Part shown: positions 39,001 through 53,100 of the stretch, piece by piece
Layout: each line of letters starts with the position of its first letter
Position numbering within the stretch: the first letter of the stretch is position 1
Origin: Octopus sinensis
Taxonomy: Eukaryota
Assembly: GCF_006345805.1 (NCBI RefSeq)
Contig: NC_043009.1
Location: 52,142,001-52,206,000, forward strand
DNA length: 64,000 nt
Direction of reading: 5' to 3'
The notes under the pieces: generated by a model
Database searches by the model: none
The model's input: only the letters and a program-made list of their open reading frames with translations
Told to the model about the DNA's origin: nothing
Translations under genes and position numbers: made by a program

Positions 39001-39888
39001 GTATAAATACACAGAAACATATATGTATGTGTGTAGGTGTATGTATATGCAGATATGCATATACGAACTCATACCACATATGATCACCAAGTTACACATT
39101 TATGCAAATATGCATGAACACAAATATGTGAATGGATATATCAGAGTACGAAAATGATTCATTACGCTTGTAATTATGCACCTATCAAACATACACACCA
39201 CAATATATTAACAGACACTGGTACACGTATAAATGTGTTGAAAAGTATAATGATAGATACCGCGGTGCTAATTTTGGTCGTATCTTAGCAATAGCAACTC
39301 TACTTTAGTACTTTAGTCCATATTTACACATCCTCATCAATATAATTCGATATAGAAGTAAATATATCTATTTACTTCTACAGGCATCTTTATCTGTCTA
39401 TGTTCCTCTCCCACATTAATGCATATATATAAATACATATATATATATACATACATACATACAAATATATATATATATATGTCCTATATGCATAGATATA
39501 TATCATGTATACGTGTGTACATTTCACCATTTCACTTCGTATATGCTTACGAATAACAGACAGAATGGAAGGTAGAGAGAGCGAAAGTAAAAGTGATAGT
39601 TATTTAATAGTATAGAATAGTGAAGTGTAGGTAAATTTAACAGCATCTGCATAGCTTTGTAATTCTACTTGGTCGAGAATACTACTTACAAAATTTGATT
39701 ATATGCATACACACACTCATAAACACTCACACACTCACACACACACACACACACGCACACACGCACTCACATATATGCATCTATCTACATATATTAAGAT
39801 TTACACTCATGCAAACGCATATACATGTGCAGTTATCAATACATGCATATATATATATATATATACATATACATTTATACATTTATAC

Positions 39889-39920
<32 letters not shown>

Positions 39921-40693
39921 ATTTACATTTATACATACATGTACATTTATACATACATATATATATATATGTCTATATACATATATGAAGACATACAGTC
40001 ATATACACACCTATATACCTGTGCAGTTATTAATTCATATATATGTAGTTGTGTGTGTGTGTGTATACTTAGTAAATTTTATCCAATTCTCTCTTGTTAT
40101 ATGTCATGGTTATCAGTATTTGTTCAAGAATACAACATATAATTATGTCGTCTGCAGGTCAGCATTGATTCCATTACAAACTTGTCTGCTCCATACATTC
40201 TCTTACATCAATGTTAGTCGTCTGGTTTTTATTAACATTTCTACGCTATTTTACTATTATTTTACTATTATATTATTTCATTACTTTTTTTTATTCTCTT
40301 TCATTTGCTTTATTCTTTGTTTCTTTTCTATTTGTTGAATTTGTTTTATATTTAGTTTTTTTTTTCTTTCCAGAAATATGAGTGAATGCTTAGTTATTTA
40401 TACGTTGTGTATTTTTGGTAGATATATATAGATATATAGTTACGTAGTTATTTATTGCTAATAAATATTTTTTTTTAATACAAAAGCAGACCAGATATTC
40501 TCTTCAATTGTTGCTCAGAAAATATGATATCGTAAGATATTAAGGTTATGGAAGAATGATAGAACAAATAAATAAAATTATGAATACGAAAACGATATAT
40601 CCATGAGTGTGTGTCTTTGTACGTGAATAATGTTCGCGCGTGTATGTGGGAGTGCATATCCTATATGCATAAAGACATACATAACATACATGC

Positions 40694-40739
<46 letters not shown>

Positions 40740-41339
40740 TATATAGATGGTTAAATAGACGGATGTATCATTTTATTTATATAACTGCCATATCTACCTG
40801 AATCTGCTTTTTTAATCTCCTTCATTTCAAGGGTACACGCATTCTCATACATGCGTATACATATATTTACACACACATATTCATATATAACCAATGTTAT
40901 GCATTCAAAGATTTCAGTCATTGGAGTACTGTCTTCGAAGCTTTGGTTAGATAATATTGATAGATAATATCAGATAATCAGTAAATGTTTCATAGGTCAA
41001 TATTAATCGAGATGTTGTTACCTGTTACGTATATAAACTGAAACATCGTCTTGCATACATACTGACAATGACTCAAATCTGGTATACATAAATATAGAGC
41101 ACATATAAGTGTGTATGAGAGCACATATAAGTATAAATGAGAGCATATATAAGTGTGTATGTGTATGTGAGTGTGTGTGCATGCGTGTGCTCATTTTGGC
41201 AGAATAACACTACTTGTTGCAAACAGATAATGTGTTAGAAAAAGTTGTAACGTGCAAACATTGAATTCTTGACGAAATTGGTTTTCAAGCAAATGTTTTT
41301 TTTTTCTTTTTTCTTTTTTTACACCAATAGCAAGAAAAG

Positions 41340-42140
41340 GTTGCACATATGGTTCAAGTTGTTTGAAGAGGAAATCAACACTGAACAAGAAAAACACATC
41401 GCAGAGCTGGAGTTCTTCAACTGCAATCATTGAAATTTATTGCCAGCGAGTGGACGAGTTCATTTTCACAAAGAAAATACCTGAACTGTGACCACAATGC
41501 ATTACTCAAGATTTTAAGAAAATTTGTGTATCGGAAATTGTTTAAGTACAAAGTGGGTTCCTCAGCAGCTGACATCTCATTTGAACGACAACAGGCAGGT
41601 CTGCTCTGAACTGCGGGGAAACGTTTTCCTTTTTTCAAAAGCAATGACGACACGATTTTTCCGATTTAGTAGACGATACATGGAAATAACTACACGATTC
41701 GGAACCAAGGATTCAGCTCATGTGTTTCTGTCACTCCACTTTTATAAATACTAAGAAGTACAAATCAGCAATCAGCATAGAAAGTAATGGTGAGTAATTT
41801 GTTAGATGGCATTTTCCTTCATTATATGGAAAATATCTATGTTGTGAACAGCAATCAATACATTGATGCATTCAAAAGACATAAAAGCGCCATTAGAGGG
41901 AAGGGATCGAGCAAGAACCTAAAAAATATTTAAATTGAGGTTGCGTGACCATACACATACTTATGGTTTTGCATCCACTGTAAATCCCGAATTTCTTCCA
42001 TCTGTTCGGACCGATGGATTTCAGTCTAATTATATAATGATTTGATGACACAAGCGAGATGAAACTAGCTATAAAAAGTGTAAAGAGCTTTATATGCCAG
42101 ATTTTTAAAGAAGATTCGACTGTTAAGCACAATGATATTA
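41340..42140 (+). mobile_element. Heavily decayed mariner transposase
   Basis: KWVPQQLT (WVPHEL-like), VDDTW, and VLHPL..P.FFHLFGPM, across frameshifts. Confidence 0.55.
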
Positions 42141-42840
42141 CAAATGCATCGATTGCATATTAAATTTGGATATTAAATTTATATAGAGGTGTTATGAAAA
42201 ACGAAAAACATTTGAACGATCCTGGTCTGTTAACAAAAATACTACGACTAGTTTTGTAAAACTTTAGGTAGAACATACGTAAATTGTTTTCTACGTGAAG
42301 AATATGTGTATCATAGAAATGTGAATTCCATTAAAGCTTACTGTCCTGCATCGTAGACATGTTTATTTGTTCTTTACTTATCTATTAGTTTTCAATGAAA
42401 AATTCTTAACTTCTAACCTTCTTGCAATTAAATTGTTTATGGTTTTCTTTAATCTTTAAGTTCATTTAGGCAAATGTTTCAATATATTTTGTATATAGTG
42501 TTTATATTACTAGTGAATTTAATTTCGATTTATGTTTCTTAAATTTATATAGTAACCGCATTTTTACGATGGAAAATGAAATGAAATAGAATAAACAACG
42601 TGATCTGCTTGTGCAAATTTGAAGGTTATCAGTAGCATTTAAATGTTTGGTCTCGAAGACTTACATCTAATCTGGACGTTTCTCTAAGTATGCATGGACT
42701 CAATATCTAGAAAACTAGAGGGAAAAATGACACGTAAGATGCCTGATACAAATACATAATTACCACATAAACACATAAATACATACATACATATATATAT
42801 ATGTATGTATGTGCGTTTGTTTATATATATATATATGTAT

Positions 42841-42889
<49 letters not shown>

Positions 42890-43377
42890 ATTATAATGAC
42901 ATGTTGATACATAGTTGTATACATACTTATATATGTATATAAATACTCACATACATACGCAATTTGATGCTATCCATTAAATTCACGGCAACTCATCGCT
43001 GTCACGTGTAATTCTTCAATTGTTAACCATTACTAAACATTTGATTAATAAACCGAAAATAGAGTCAAACGCTCCGTCTAATTGGTTGGCTTTCACTCGA
43101 CCAATAATTGATTGGAGGTGCCATAGCAATTTAATTAGATTCTAACTTAATTGTCACATGATTCTTATTGATTTTGTTTGTGATTTTACTTTGCTTCAAT
43201 TTGCATACTATCAACGCACTATTTCTAACTTAATTGTCATTATATGCACGCGTTTATCTGTCTTCATACGTACGTCTACACTAACATACATCTGAATATG
43301 GGCATAATATATATATATATATATTATATATATAATATATATATATATATAATATTAATATATATGTATGTATATAT

Positions 43378-43576
43378 ATATATGCATGTATATACCACGA
43401 CACACGTATACATGCACACAGGCATAAATGCGTACATACATGCATAAATATTTACATCCGTATATTTCCCTGTAAATTTGGATTTATTCCCTAATATTTA
43501 TTATTATATATATATATATATATGCATATATATATATCACGACACAAGTATACACACACAGAGGCATACATGCATA

Positions 43577-43610
<34 letters not shown>

Positions 43611-43746
43611 TGTATATATATATATATAATATATAATATATATATATAATATATATATATATATATGCATGTATATACCACGACACACGTATACATGCAC
43701 ACAGGCATAAATGCGTACATACATGCATAAATATATACATACGTAT
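43378..43746. repeat. Compound tandem repeat (~85-bp near-identical units at 43378 and 43662, with a diverged unit between)
   Basis: gcatgtatataccacgacacacgtatacatgcacacaggcataaatgcgtacatacatgcataaatat occurs twice. Confidence 0.85.
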
Positions 43747-44316
43747 AAATTTGTGTGTATATACAAATATATGTATACTTATACACATGCATTTATGTAT
43801 ATGTGTGTGGTGTTTGTATGTAGGTAGGCAGGGGGAGTGAGAGAGGGAGCAAGGTAGAGAGAGGGAGGGAGGTAGGAATGGACAGACGGACGGAGGTAGA
43901 AATAGATATATAAATATATACGTATATCTGTACAATATGCACCCGCTACAAAACTCAATTTTTCACCCTACATACGTTTGTTTACGCACTTTTTACTCAT
44001 AAATAACGCCTCTTATATTTCTTTTATTTTCCATTTCGCTCTTGTTTCATATATATACGTACGCACACACACACTCATACACAAACACACACCTGCATAC
44101 ATGCATCTGTACATACATATATCAGTGTGTGTTTGTATGTGTGTGTCTGTGTGTATAGGATTGCACATCTGATGTAACAAATTGAGTACAAATTGATGCA
44201 ACACAATTAGATGCGCAAAGTTCTGCCGATAACGGTCAGCTACAGGATGAGTCGAAGCCATCCTCGTACTGAAAAAAGACTCGTGCTAAATATATATTCC
44301 GTTTCCTTCATCAATG

Positions 44317-44415
<99 letters not shown>

Positions 44416-44555
44416 GGTGGTGGTGGTGGTGGTGGTGGTGGTGGTGGTGGCGGCGGCGGCGGAGGTGGTAGTGGTGGTGGTGGTGATGGTGGTGGTAGTA
44501 GTAGTAGTAGTAACAGCAGTAGTAGTATCGGTAGTAGTAGTTATAGTAGTAGTTT

Positions 44556-44594
<39 letters not shown>

Positions 44595-44618
44595 TGGTGG
44601 TAGTAGTAGTAGTAGTAG
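44317..44618. repeat. Compound (ATT)(AGT)(GGT)(GGC)(AGT) triplet microsatellite
   Basis: Directly visible. It adjoins the 3' end of the R4-like element. Confidence 0.95.
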
Positions 44619-45140
44619 GTATTGCCTTTGCACAGCTTCTAAGGCTGGAGGTGTGCTACAGCGTCAGCTTTTCACTACCAGTGAACTAATGTAACGACCC
44701 TCAATTTTCGAGCACCAACCGGAGTATTCGAGCGGTTCCAAGCAGTGCTGTCTTCTGCAAGTGCTCCACACTTATTGCAGCCCTCCTTTTTTCCCATGTA
44801 CTTCTCAAGATTTTTACTCACTATTCCCAGGGCTCCGACAATTATTGGTACTACTTCTACATATTTCAGCGACCATAACTGCTTAACCTCACAAGCTACC
44901 CTGTTATATCTATCGACTTTTCTTTCTTCCTTATCGCATACCTTGTTGTCAGCTGGGCAAGATATGTCTATGATCCAGCTTCGTTTGTTTACTTTTTCGA
45001 TTATCTCTATGACTGGTTTTCTACTCTCTATCTCATGGTCGCACTGAATCATAAAATCCTATAGGATCTTTGCATTATCATTTTTTGTGATGCCTTCGTA
45101 TTTATGTTCGTACCACATCTTCGCTTTGTCAAGTTCAAGT
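44619..45140 (-). mobile_element. R4/Dong-like LINE 3' end (REL endonuclease, stop, 3' UTR)
   Basis: KMWYEH...KIL*DFMIQCDHEIESRKP...IIDISCPAD..V..KE..K...Y...VPIIVGALG...GTARILRLVLEN* (stop at 44701-44703). Confidence 0.85.
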
Positions 45141-46290
45141 ATTGATGCAGAACGTCCCACAAAGGCCTGTAATCCGCTCCTTGGATTATCCACCCTCATA
45201 GATGAGGTAGTGACGTCAAGGAATAAGTTGAACCTTGAGAAAGCATCAGGTAAAGAAAGGATTTAAACTAACATCTTGTGCCTTGGATGTAGTCGCATCA
45301 CGTTGAATCGTCGCGAGGTGAACAGTGTAATCTGGAAGATGTTGTTATTCCCAAAGTTTGGAAGGATTCCTTTATCCTCCTCAATAAAGCCAAGGTAGTT
45401 GGAATAAAGTGTAGCAACCTTAGATCTATCGCTCTACTGTCAGCTTCTGTCAAGATTCTGTCATGCATTATTCTTAACTGAATAAATATTTTGTAAATGA
45501 CGTCCTATCCGATTCTCAATGTGGATTCCTTTCTTATAGACGAACAATAGATGTGATTTCACCAACGAAAAATACGCAGTTAACATACTGTGAAAAGAAT
45601 ATGAATCTTTCCAGCTTTCCATCCCTTTAACAGAAGACTTCGACATTGTGAAGAGGGCTTCCCCGTGGAAACTACTCGGCAAATTTGGGTAACTTTGTAT
45701 CGATAATTAAAGTAATTAACGGTGGGATGGTGACGTTTCGATGTCCATGGTCACACGGTTGGACCCTCTCCTGGAAAGAATGGCGGCAAGCAAGGTAACA
45801 TCATTGATCAAACTCACTTTTTCTAGTGTTATGCTGTTAGCCTCAATCATGATGTTCCAGCGGATTATTCTTCTGAAATATAATATGAAGTACTGATCTT
45901 CTGGTGATCACTTCAACTTGCGTCGATTTGCTGCCAATTCAATTTCTTTTGAATCTCTTATTTCAATCTCTCATACGTGGCATCCGTATTCCATTTTACA
46001 ATTTTGTCGTCCGTACAGTTGAAGATAATCAAATTTTCATGGATTGTATTTCTGCATCATGCAAGGTGTTGGGATTCAGTATTTGCCTGGAAAGATCTGT
46101 TGTAATGTTCTTGCCTGCACCAAGAAAATCGTAAGGAAAACCAGCTGCCTCAGTATATGAAATAGTACCGAACGTGGTAGACAAGAATCTCTGCATCGAT
46201 AGTACACTTAGCAGTTCTTGCTCTTTAGTTGATGAAATATTTTCAAGTCTTCGGAATACAATCGATTCTCTCCAGACATTTGAGTCTGGT
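45141..46290 (+). mobile_element. Decayed RTE (BovB-like) LINE RT fragment
   Basis: RSIALLS..VKIL, SQCGF, GDHFNLRRF, QIFMDCISASCKVLGFSI...VVMFLPAP, and DSTLS, in the order typical of RTE RT. Confidence 0.75.
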
Positions 46291-47254
46291 ATCTAGCCTC
46301 AATATGGCATCACAAGATGAACAAAATTCTGTGTCACTGCTTTACTAAAGTGATTAAATATGTGTTTGTGCGTGTGTATGGCTGCGTGTGGGTCTGTGTG
46401 TGCGTGTATGTTTCTATTTGTGTCTGTATGTTTATGTATTATGCATTCAAGTCTGTATCTATCTATGTATGTATACACGTATGATGTGTGTTTGAAGCCG
46501 CAGTTCTGCGTCAGATAATCTTCTGTTATTGGTTGACACCGACTGCACGATTTGTAGTATGTAGACATTAGTAGTGCTATAGATAATAATCGAAGTCATT
46601 GTCCGTTTGTATTTTCTTGGTATCATTTACCTGACGATTGCACTTTAGTGTTGTAAACCTCACGTTGTCCTATTCTCTTTTTGAATCTCCGTCTAAATTC
46701 AGCCCAATTTGACAATAATGATTTACACTTGCACGTATTTCTCGGGATTCATATTTAATGAATTGGGGTCCCTATTGCATGTGTCAGTAAAACTAAATAG
46801 TATCCAATGAAACTAAGCCGTTTAGTGCTCTATAACCGAAAGAACATTGAAGAACAATTCATTTGGGGAACTCGTGAGCTAGACAATAGACACGCCATAA
46901 TTAGACTGTATGAAGAGGCTGGGTATTTAGGGTTCTGTTGGGTACGAGACTTTCGGTAAGTGATTTATCTATCACCTGTCTCGGGTTTTATTGACAATGA
47001 CATTAAGATGGTGATTTTGTCTGGTGTATTCCAAAGTAATTATTGTAGATTCTTTAATTCCAACAATTTAGTTCTATTTTCGTCGATTTCTTTCCTCTGT
47101 TGCCCATTTTACCAATTTAAAATCATAACGAGTGAATTACGTTAAGATAAGGATACATGTGACCGTGGATTACATATGTACAGAAATGCATGTAAATATA
47201 TGTACATGTATGCATATATGTATACATATATGTGTGTGTGCGTGTATAAAAACA

Positions 47255-47292
<38 letters not shown>

Positions 47293-47809
47293 TATGCGTG
47301 TGTGTTTAAGCAAATTTTCGTGTCAACTTACATACACAAATACATACATACATACATACATACATACATACATACATACACACATACGTAGATGTACATA
47401 CATTCATCCCTACAGGCGTATATACTTAAATAGGTACGTATAAATACATACATAGGAGGAAACAAAGAGTTGTTCAAAAATAGCAAGTATAAAGCAAACA
47501 AAAATATTCCAAATGAAAATCGTTACCAACAAAAACAAAATAATAAAATAGAAAGAATACGGAGTATTGAATTGTATTGATACACTACTCAAATTCATAC
47601 GATAGAGAGAAAAAAAAGAAGCAATATAATCAACATAGATTTACACATTTATTGTCTGTGAAAGTGAGAAATACTAAAATAACAAAAATGTTAACTGCAA
47701 TTTCGACGTCAATTCAGATAGAATTATTCACTTTAAGGAGCACTTATTCCTACAAAAATTGAGAAAGTTCTAATTGCTAATACACTGTGTGATATGCAGG
47801 TGCGTATAT

Positions 47810-47872
<63 letters not shown>

Positions 47873-48002
47873 AGATAAGTACATAGAAATGTTATAAATA
47901 TGCACGCACATACGCACACGTATACGCACATACACTCAAACACATACATTCACACACAAACATATACACATACACAGAGATATGTATGTGTATATATATA
48001 TA

Positions 48003-48063
48003 TGTCGAAGATGTATATATATATATATGTCGAAGATGTATATATATATATGTCGAAGATGTA
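48003..48063. repeat. Three copies of TGTCGAAGATGTA separated by (TA)n
   Basis: Copies at 48003, 48028 and 48051. Confidence 0.9.
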
Positions 48064-48588
48064 TAAATATATATATATATATACACAAGGGCACTATGTG
48101 AGCACCAGCACTGCTGAAAATAGAAGTCAAAAATACTCCTGTGCGACTGTATAGTCATGATTATATTCCTTTAGTACACTTGTATAAATGTATATTATTA
48201 ATTTTGTTTGTGCGGCTGACATTCGTTGCCACCTGTGAGGGTATTTTGATAGTAACGTCACTCTTATGTTTACTTATAAATCACTTCACCTGTTTCATAT
48301 GTTTAACTGGTATTTGACCACTTCAAACGAATTTACAGGTAAGGTAGTAGAAATTTTCACAGTCGTTGGCTGGCAGGTTTCGCTGCTGTTTGGTGGTAAA
48401 TTCGAAATCATGATATCCAGTTAACCAGCATTACTTTTGCTGAACTAGCAGAGGTTAGACGTTATCCTTGTTCACTGGAATTCTTTACTATCATGCTTGC
48501 ATTAATTTTGTAACTATTCTGTGGCACACAAGCATTTTGAATTTCTATTTTTAGCGATGTAGGTTCTCACGTAGTACCCTTGTATATG

Positions 48589-48623
<35 letters not shown>

Positions 48624-48625
<2 letters not shown>

Positions 48626-48838
48626 GAAATGTGATTCAAAATGTGACCGCGTGTGTACCGTTGGCGATCTTTTTTCTCTGTCTTCCCTTCTCTAGATCTT
48701 TCCTTCTATGTTTCCGACGAGGAGCTCTGCTCGAAACGTTAAACCCTCCTTCTTTCCTTCTTTCCTGAGCGTCCAATAATACTATATTTGTCCCACGTCC
48801 TCGCGTTGCTGTGTTTTTTTGTGCTTTCTTGTTTGGAT

Positions 48839-48842
<4 letters not shown>
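48624..48842 (+). mobile_element. ~220-bp non-coding element in (TA)n carrying a hammerhead motif
   Basis: Flanked by (TA)n on both sides and contains the motif at 48710-48744. Confidence 0.6.
48710..48744 (+). ncRNA. Minimal type-I hammerhead ribozyme motif
   Basis: gttt-CCGACGA-g-gagc-tct-gctc-GAAAC-GTT-aaac. Stems I and II are intact; U4 is changed to C. Confidence 0.65.
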
Positions 48843-48879
<37 letters not shown>

Positions 48880-48901
48880 TATATATATTTATACGTACAT
48901 A

Positions 48902-50000
48902 TCAGGTTGGCGCAAAGTTAATGGCCGATTTTAAGGTCTCAATTAAAAAGGTAAAAGCCCATGTTTAACAAAATATTTAATCGTTAGCATAATTTCCATT
49001 GCTTTCTAGAACACCATTCCATTTGGCAACAACCTTATAAATGCCACGATTGTAAACTTGTTTAGGTTTCGATGCGAAATATGAAAGCAACTCATTTTCA
49101 ACCACTTCTATTGATGTCAACCTAAGACAATGCAAATGGTTCTCTAGTCCCTTAAACAAATGATAATCAGAAGGAGCAAGGTCACGAGAATATGGAGAGT
49201 GAAGGAATATTTACCAACCAAGCTCTTTCATCAGACCGTTGGTCAGTCGAGCTGTGTGAGAACGAGAGTTATCATGGAAGATAACGCTCTTTCTGTTGAC
49301 TAAGCAAGGTCACTTTCTGTTCAAAGCTGCTTTCAAACGATGAAATCGATTACAGTAGAGATTAGCAGTAATTTTTGATTGTTGTTTAACAGTTCGTAAT
49401 GGAAAATTCCTTCAGTTTCCCACCATACACTCAACATCATCTTCCTTGGATGAAGTCCTCTTCTTGGTTGTTGAACAAGTCTTCCTCCTCGACTGACATG
49501 CGAACTGCGGCGTTTAACGTTATAGTAAAGAATCCACATCTCATCGACGATGATTAACCTTCCTAAAAATGGTCCCTTAAGGTGTCGTGAAAGCAATGAC
49601 TGCCAACAGACAACACGCTGCTGTTGATTCTTTGGGGACAGTTCTTGCGAAACCCATTTTCCAAACACTGAAACCATTCCGATCCTTTTCAGTTGGCGTA
49701 GAACAGTCGTATGGGCTACGTTAAACTGTTTCCTGCAAGTGCTCTACAAGAAGCGGTTGGATTTTCTGTGACAAGTGCTTCCAACTCTTCGGAATCAATT
49801 CTTTTGAACAACCTTTAGATGCGATGAATGTGGGTGCGAATATAGCTGAATATTATGGACAATGCAATCAGAATCAGGAAGAAAATATATAAATTAATCA
49901 TTGTTACATTCTTAAAACATTGCAAGTACCAGAATTTTAAAAAAAATTCTATCTAAAACTGTTTTCAAAAATATCAGCCATTACCTTTGCACCAAACAAA
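48902..50000 (-). mobile_element. Near full-length defective mariner with TIRs and TA TSD
   Basis: TIR tcaggttggcgcaaagttaatggccgatttt pairs with aaaatatcagccattacctttgcaccaaacaaa. TA flanks at 48900-48901 and 50001-50002. Motifs WVSQEL, VDEMW and YSRDLAPSDYHLF. Confidence 0.9.
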
Positions 50001-50125
50001 TATGTGTGTCTGTGTGTAAATATATGTATATATAACTTATCAAATTTGCATGTACGGCTGGTACTCACCTCCACTAGTGATGATATTTTGATAGAACTAC
50101 GTATCACTCTCATATTTACTTATTA

Positions 50126-50223
<98 letters not shown>

Positions 50224-51360
50224 TTATACACTCACACCACACACACACATATATATATATGTGTGTGTGTGTAGGATGCCTGTGATTATTTGTGTATGTG
50301 TATATAATTATATATCTAGACAGCCTGAACATTTATGTCATTTAAATGAAAGCCAGTTATGGACGTATGTACTCCTCTATGTATATACATGTACATCTGT
50401 ATTGCGTATATATGAAGTTTAAGTTCTTTATCCTTGTTATGTATACCTGTGCTGTATGTATATAAGCATGTACGTATGCATGTGTGTTATATATTATATT
50501 TTACATCTGATAGAATGAGTTTGTATGTAAACGTTTGGGTTTATTTATCCGTGACAAAAACGTGTATATATTTATATGTATACGCATACATAAATATGCA
50601 ATCAAACGCATAGACACACGAGGGGACACGAATACACACATATAGATAATGGAGAAAAAACTGAGAGGACGGTAGACAGAAGTGATAGAGAGAGACAGAG
50701 GCAGCGATATGTGACAATGATATTGCTAGAGAGTAAAATTATTTGAAAGATAGCAAAACGGCCACTACATTTCACTACACACACACACACACACACACAA
50801 AATACAAGCACAGAAAAACACACATACACACACGCTCACACATGCATAAATGGACATAGCCATTTTGTATGCGTGTATATATATATATATATTATATATA
50901 TATATATTATATATATATGTATATATATATTATATATATTATATATATATACACACACACAAGAGAGGGAGAGTGAGAGGCTAAGAGAGAGAGAGAGAGA
51001 CATGCTCATTTTTGTATGTTTGTACTAGGGAGGCTGAATGAAAGAGTGTGAGAGAGAGAGACAGACAGAGAATTAATTATGCCACGAATAACATTCACAC
51101 CTCTAGAGGAACCTAAATATAAAAGAAAGCTATTTAGCATTATTAATGGTAACATGTTTTTCATATTATGCTTAATATAATATATTTTTTTCATGTCCAT
51201 ATTCCGGGAAATAATAGGTTTCTGACAAATGGTGTGTATTAAATTATATTTCATAGATGTCTATCACTGTGCGATTGTAAATATACATATATGTATGTAT
51301 ACACATGCGAATACGTATATATACATGTATATATATGTATATACATATATATATATATAT

Positions 51361-51411
<51 letters not shown>

Positions 51412-51438
51412 ATGTATATATACAAGTATTTATGTATC

Positions 51439-51474
<36 letters not shown>

Positions 51475-51475
51475 C

Positions 51476-51531
<56 letters not shown>

Positions 51532-51546
51532 AATTTATATACATAC

Positions 51547-51580
<34 letters not shown>

Positions 51581-52164
51581 GTACGTATATATGTATTTAT
51601 ATACTGAAGCATCTGTATGAGCGTAAATTTGTGTGGGGAGTTGTGTGGGGAGTATTGTCTGGACCGTTTCTTGGTTATATATATATTTGTTTTTAACTCC
51701 ATCGGTGTTGCATGTATGCATATATGATTTATATTCACACACATTTATGTTCTTATATAAATAAGGATATATTTGTGGCAGTGTAGGCGTGAGTTTGTGT
51801 TTAGTTTAGACTACGAATTTTGATTTTTTAATGTTTCTAGTTCAGTTGAACTAACACATGAACAACATCACTGTACACACACGCGCACACACACATACAC
51901 ACACACACACATGCACAATATGCAAATATAAATGTGTGTGTGTGCGTACACTCACATGCACACACGCACACACGCACATACACACACACATATATATATA
52001 TACATATTATCCGAAATATATAGTGTTAAATATATGACGGCAGATCTTACGAATCGGTTTCGCGTAAACAATACAATGGAGTGTTAAGTAACAATCCGAT
52101 TATATAACTTTATGCTCATCAGAGTTAGCCAATGCTATACCCATTCGTATAGGAGTGCATTTTC

Positions 52165-52735
52165 ACTGACTGATGAACCAGGACGAGTCGCCGAGAACAA
52201 TGAGCATAAGACACTGAGGTATTTTAAAATCCAAAGTGGGTCCCTAATCGAGGCTCGGAGACCAGGTATTGTTGTTATTTTTAAGGGAAAAATGAAACCA
52301 AATTCATAGATATTGCTTTACTTGGAGATGCACGCATAAGTGACAAAGAACTAGGAAAGACTGAAAAATACAGACTACTATAAAACGAAATTGCAATAAT
52401 GCGGACTATGAGGAGAGTGTCTGTCATTTCAGTAGTTGTAGGGTCATTCGGATCCCTAACAACCAAGTTCGAGAAATATGTCGAAGAAATCGGAATTGAC
52501 ATGAGAGCAGAGCAAGCCCCAAAAGTTGCTCTGCTGGGGCGAACTAGGATTTTGAGATTGGTACTTGGATATTGAATATCTCTCACGATAATTAACAACC
52601 AAGTATAAAAGCATATAATGCGCGGAAACAGATCCTGTGAGATCCCTGACAGCAGGCTGCTGTCCGCACTCACAGAATCTATCAAAGCAAACAAGACCGA
52701 ACGTTCTGAGAAGTAAAGCAATAATAATAATATTG
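52165..52735 (+). mobile_element. R4/Dong-like LINE 3' end with short (TAA)n tail
   Basis: PGRVAENNEHKTLRYFKIQ...IEARRPGIVV...VVVGSFG...ALLGRTRILRLVLGY*, then 3' UTR and aataataataat. Confidence 0.8.
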
Positions 52736-53100
52736 TTTTATTTTCATTATTATATTTAATATTATTACTGTCTAAACTATTCTGAATCTCGCATATCAAT
52801 AGCATCTTATATTTCTGTATTTTTTTCTATGTATTTACACAAAAGATTAAAACACCTATATTTCAAATTCTTCTTAATATCTTCATAGATGCACTCGGAA
52901 AAATAAATATTGGCATTTAGATGCTGTACTGATAGCGCTGTAACATTTATAATCTTCTATTTATTATTTTTTGTTAAAGAACAAGACCTCAATAGCTATC
53001 ATAATAGTTGTGCGGATGAATCAGATCCGCCTCATAGTGTACTCAAAATCATCGTTTAGGACATTGACAGCAAATTAATGATGATTAATTCTTTAATGGA

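Noticed and set aside
46570-47100. Possible Penelope RT remnant on the minus strand
   Set aside because: Only vague resemblance (VIVNKT, MTSIIIYSTTNV) with many stops; it cannot be supported by eye.
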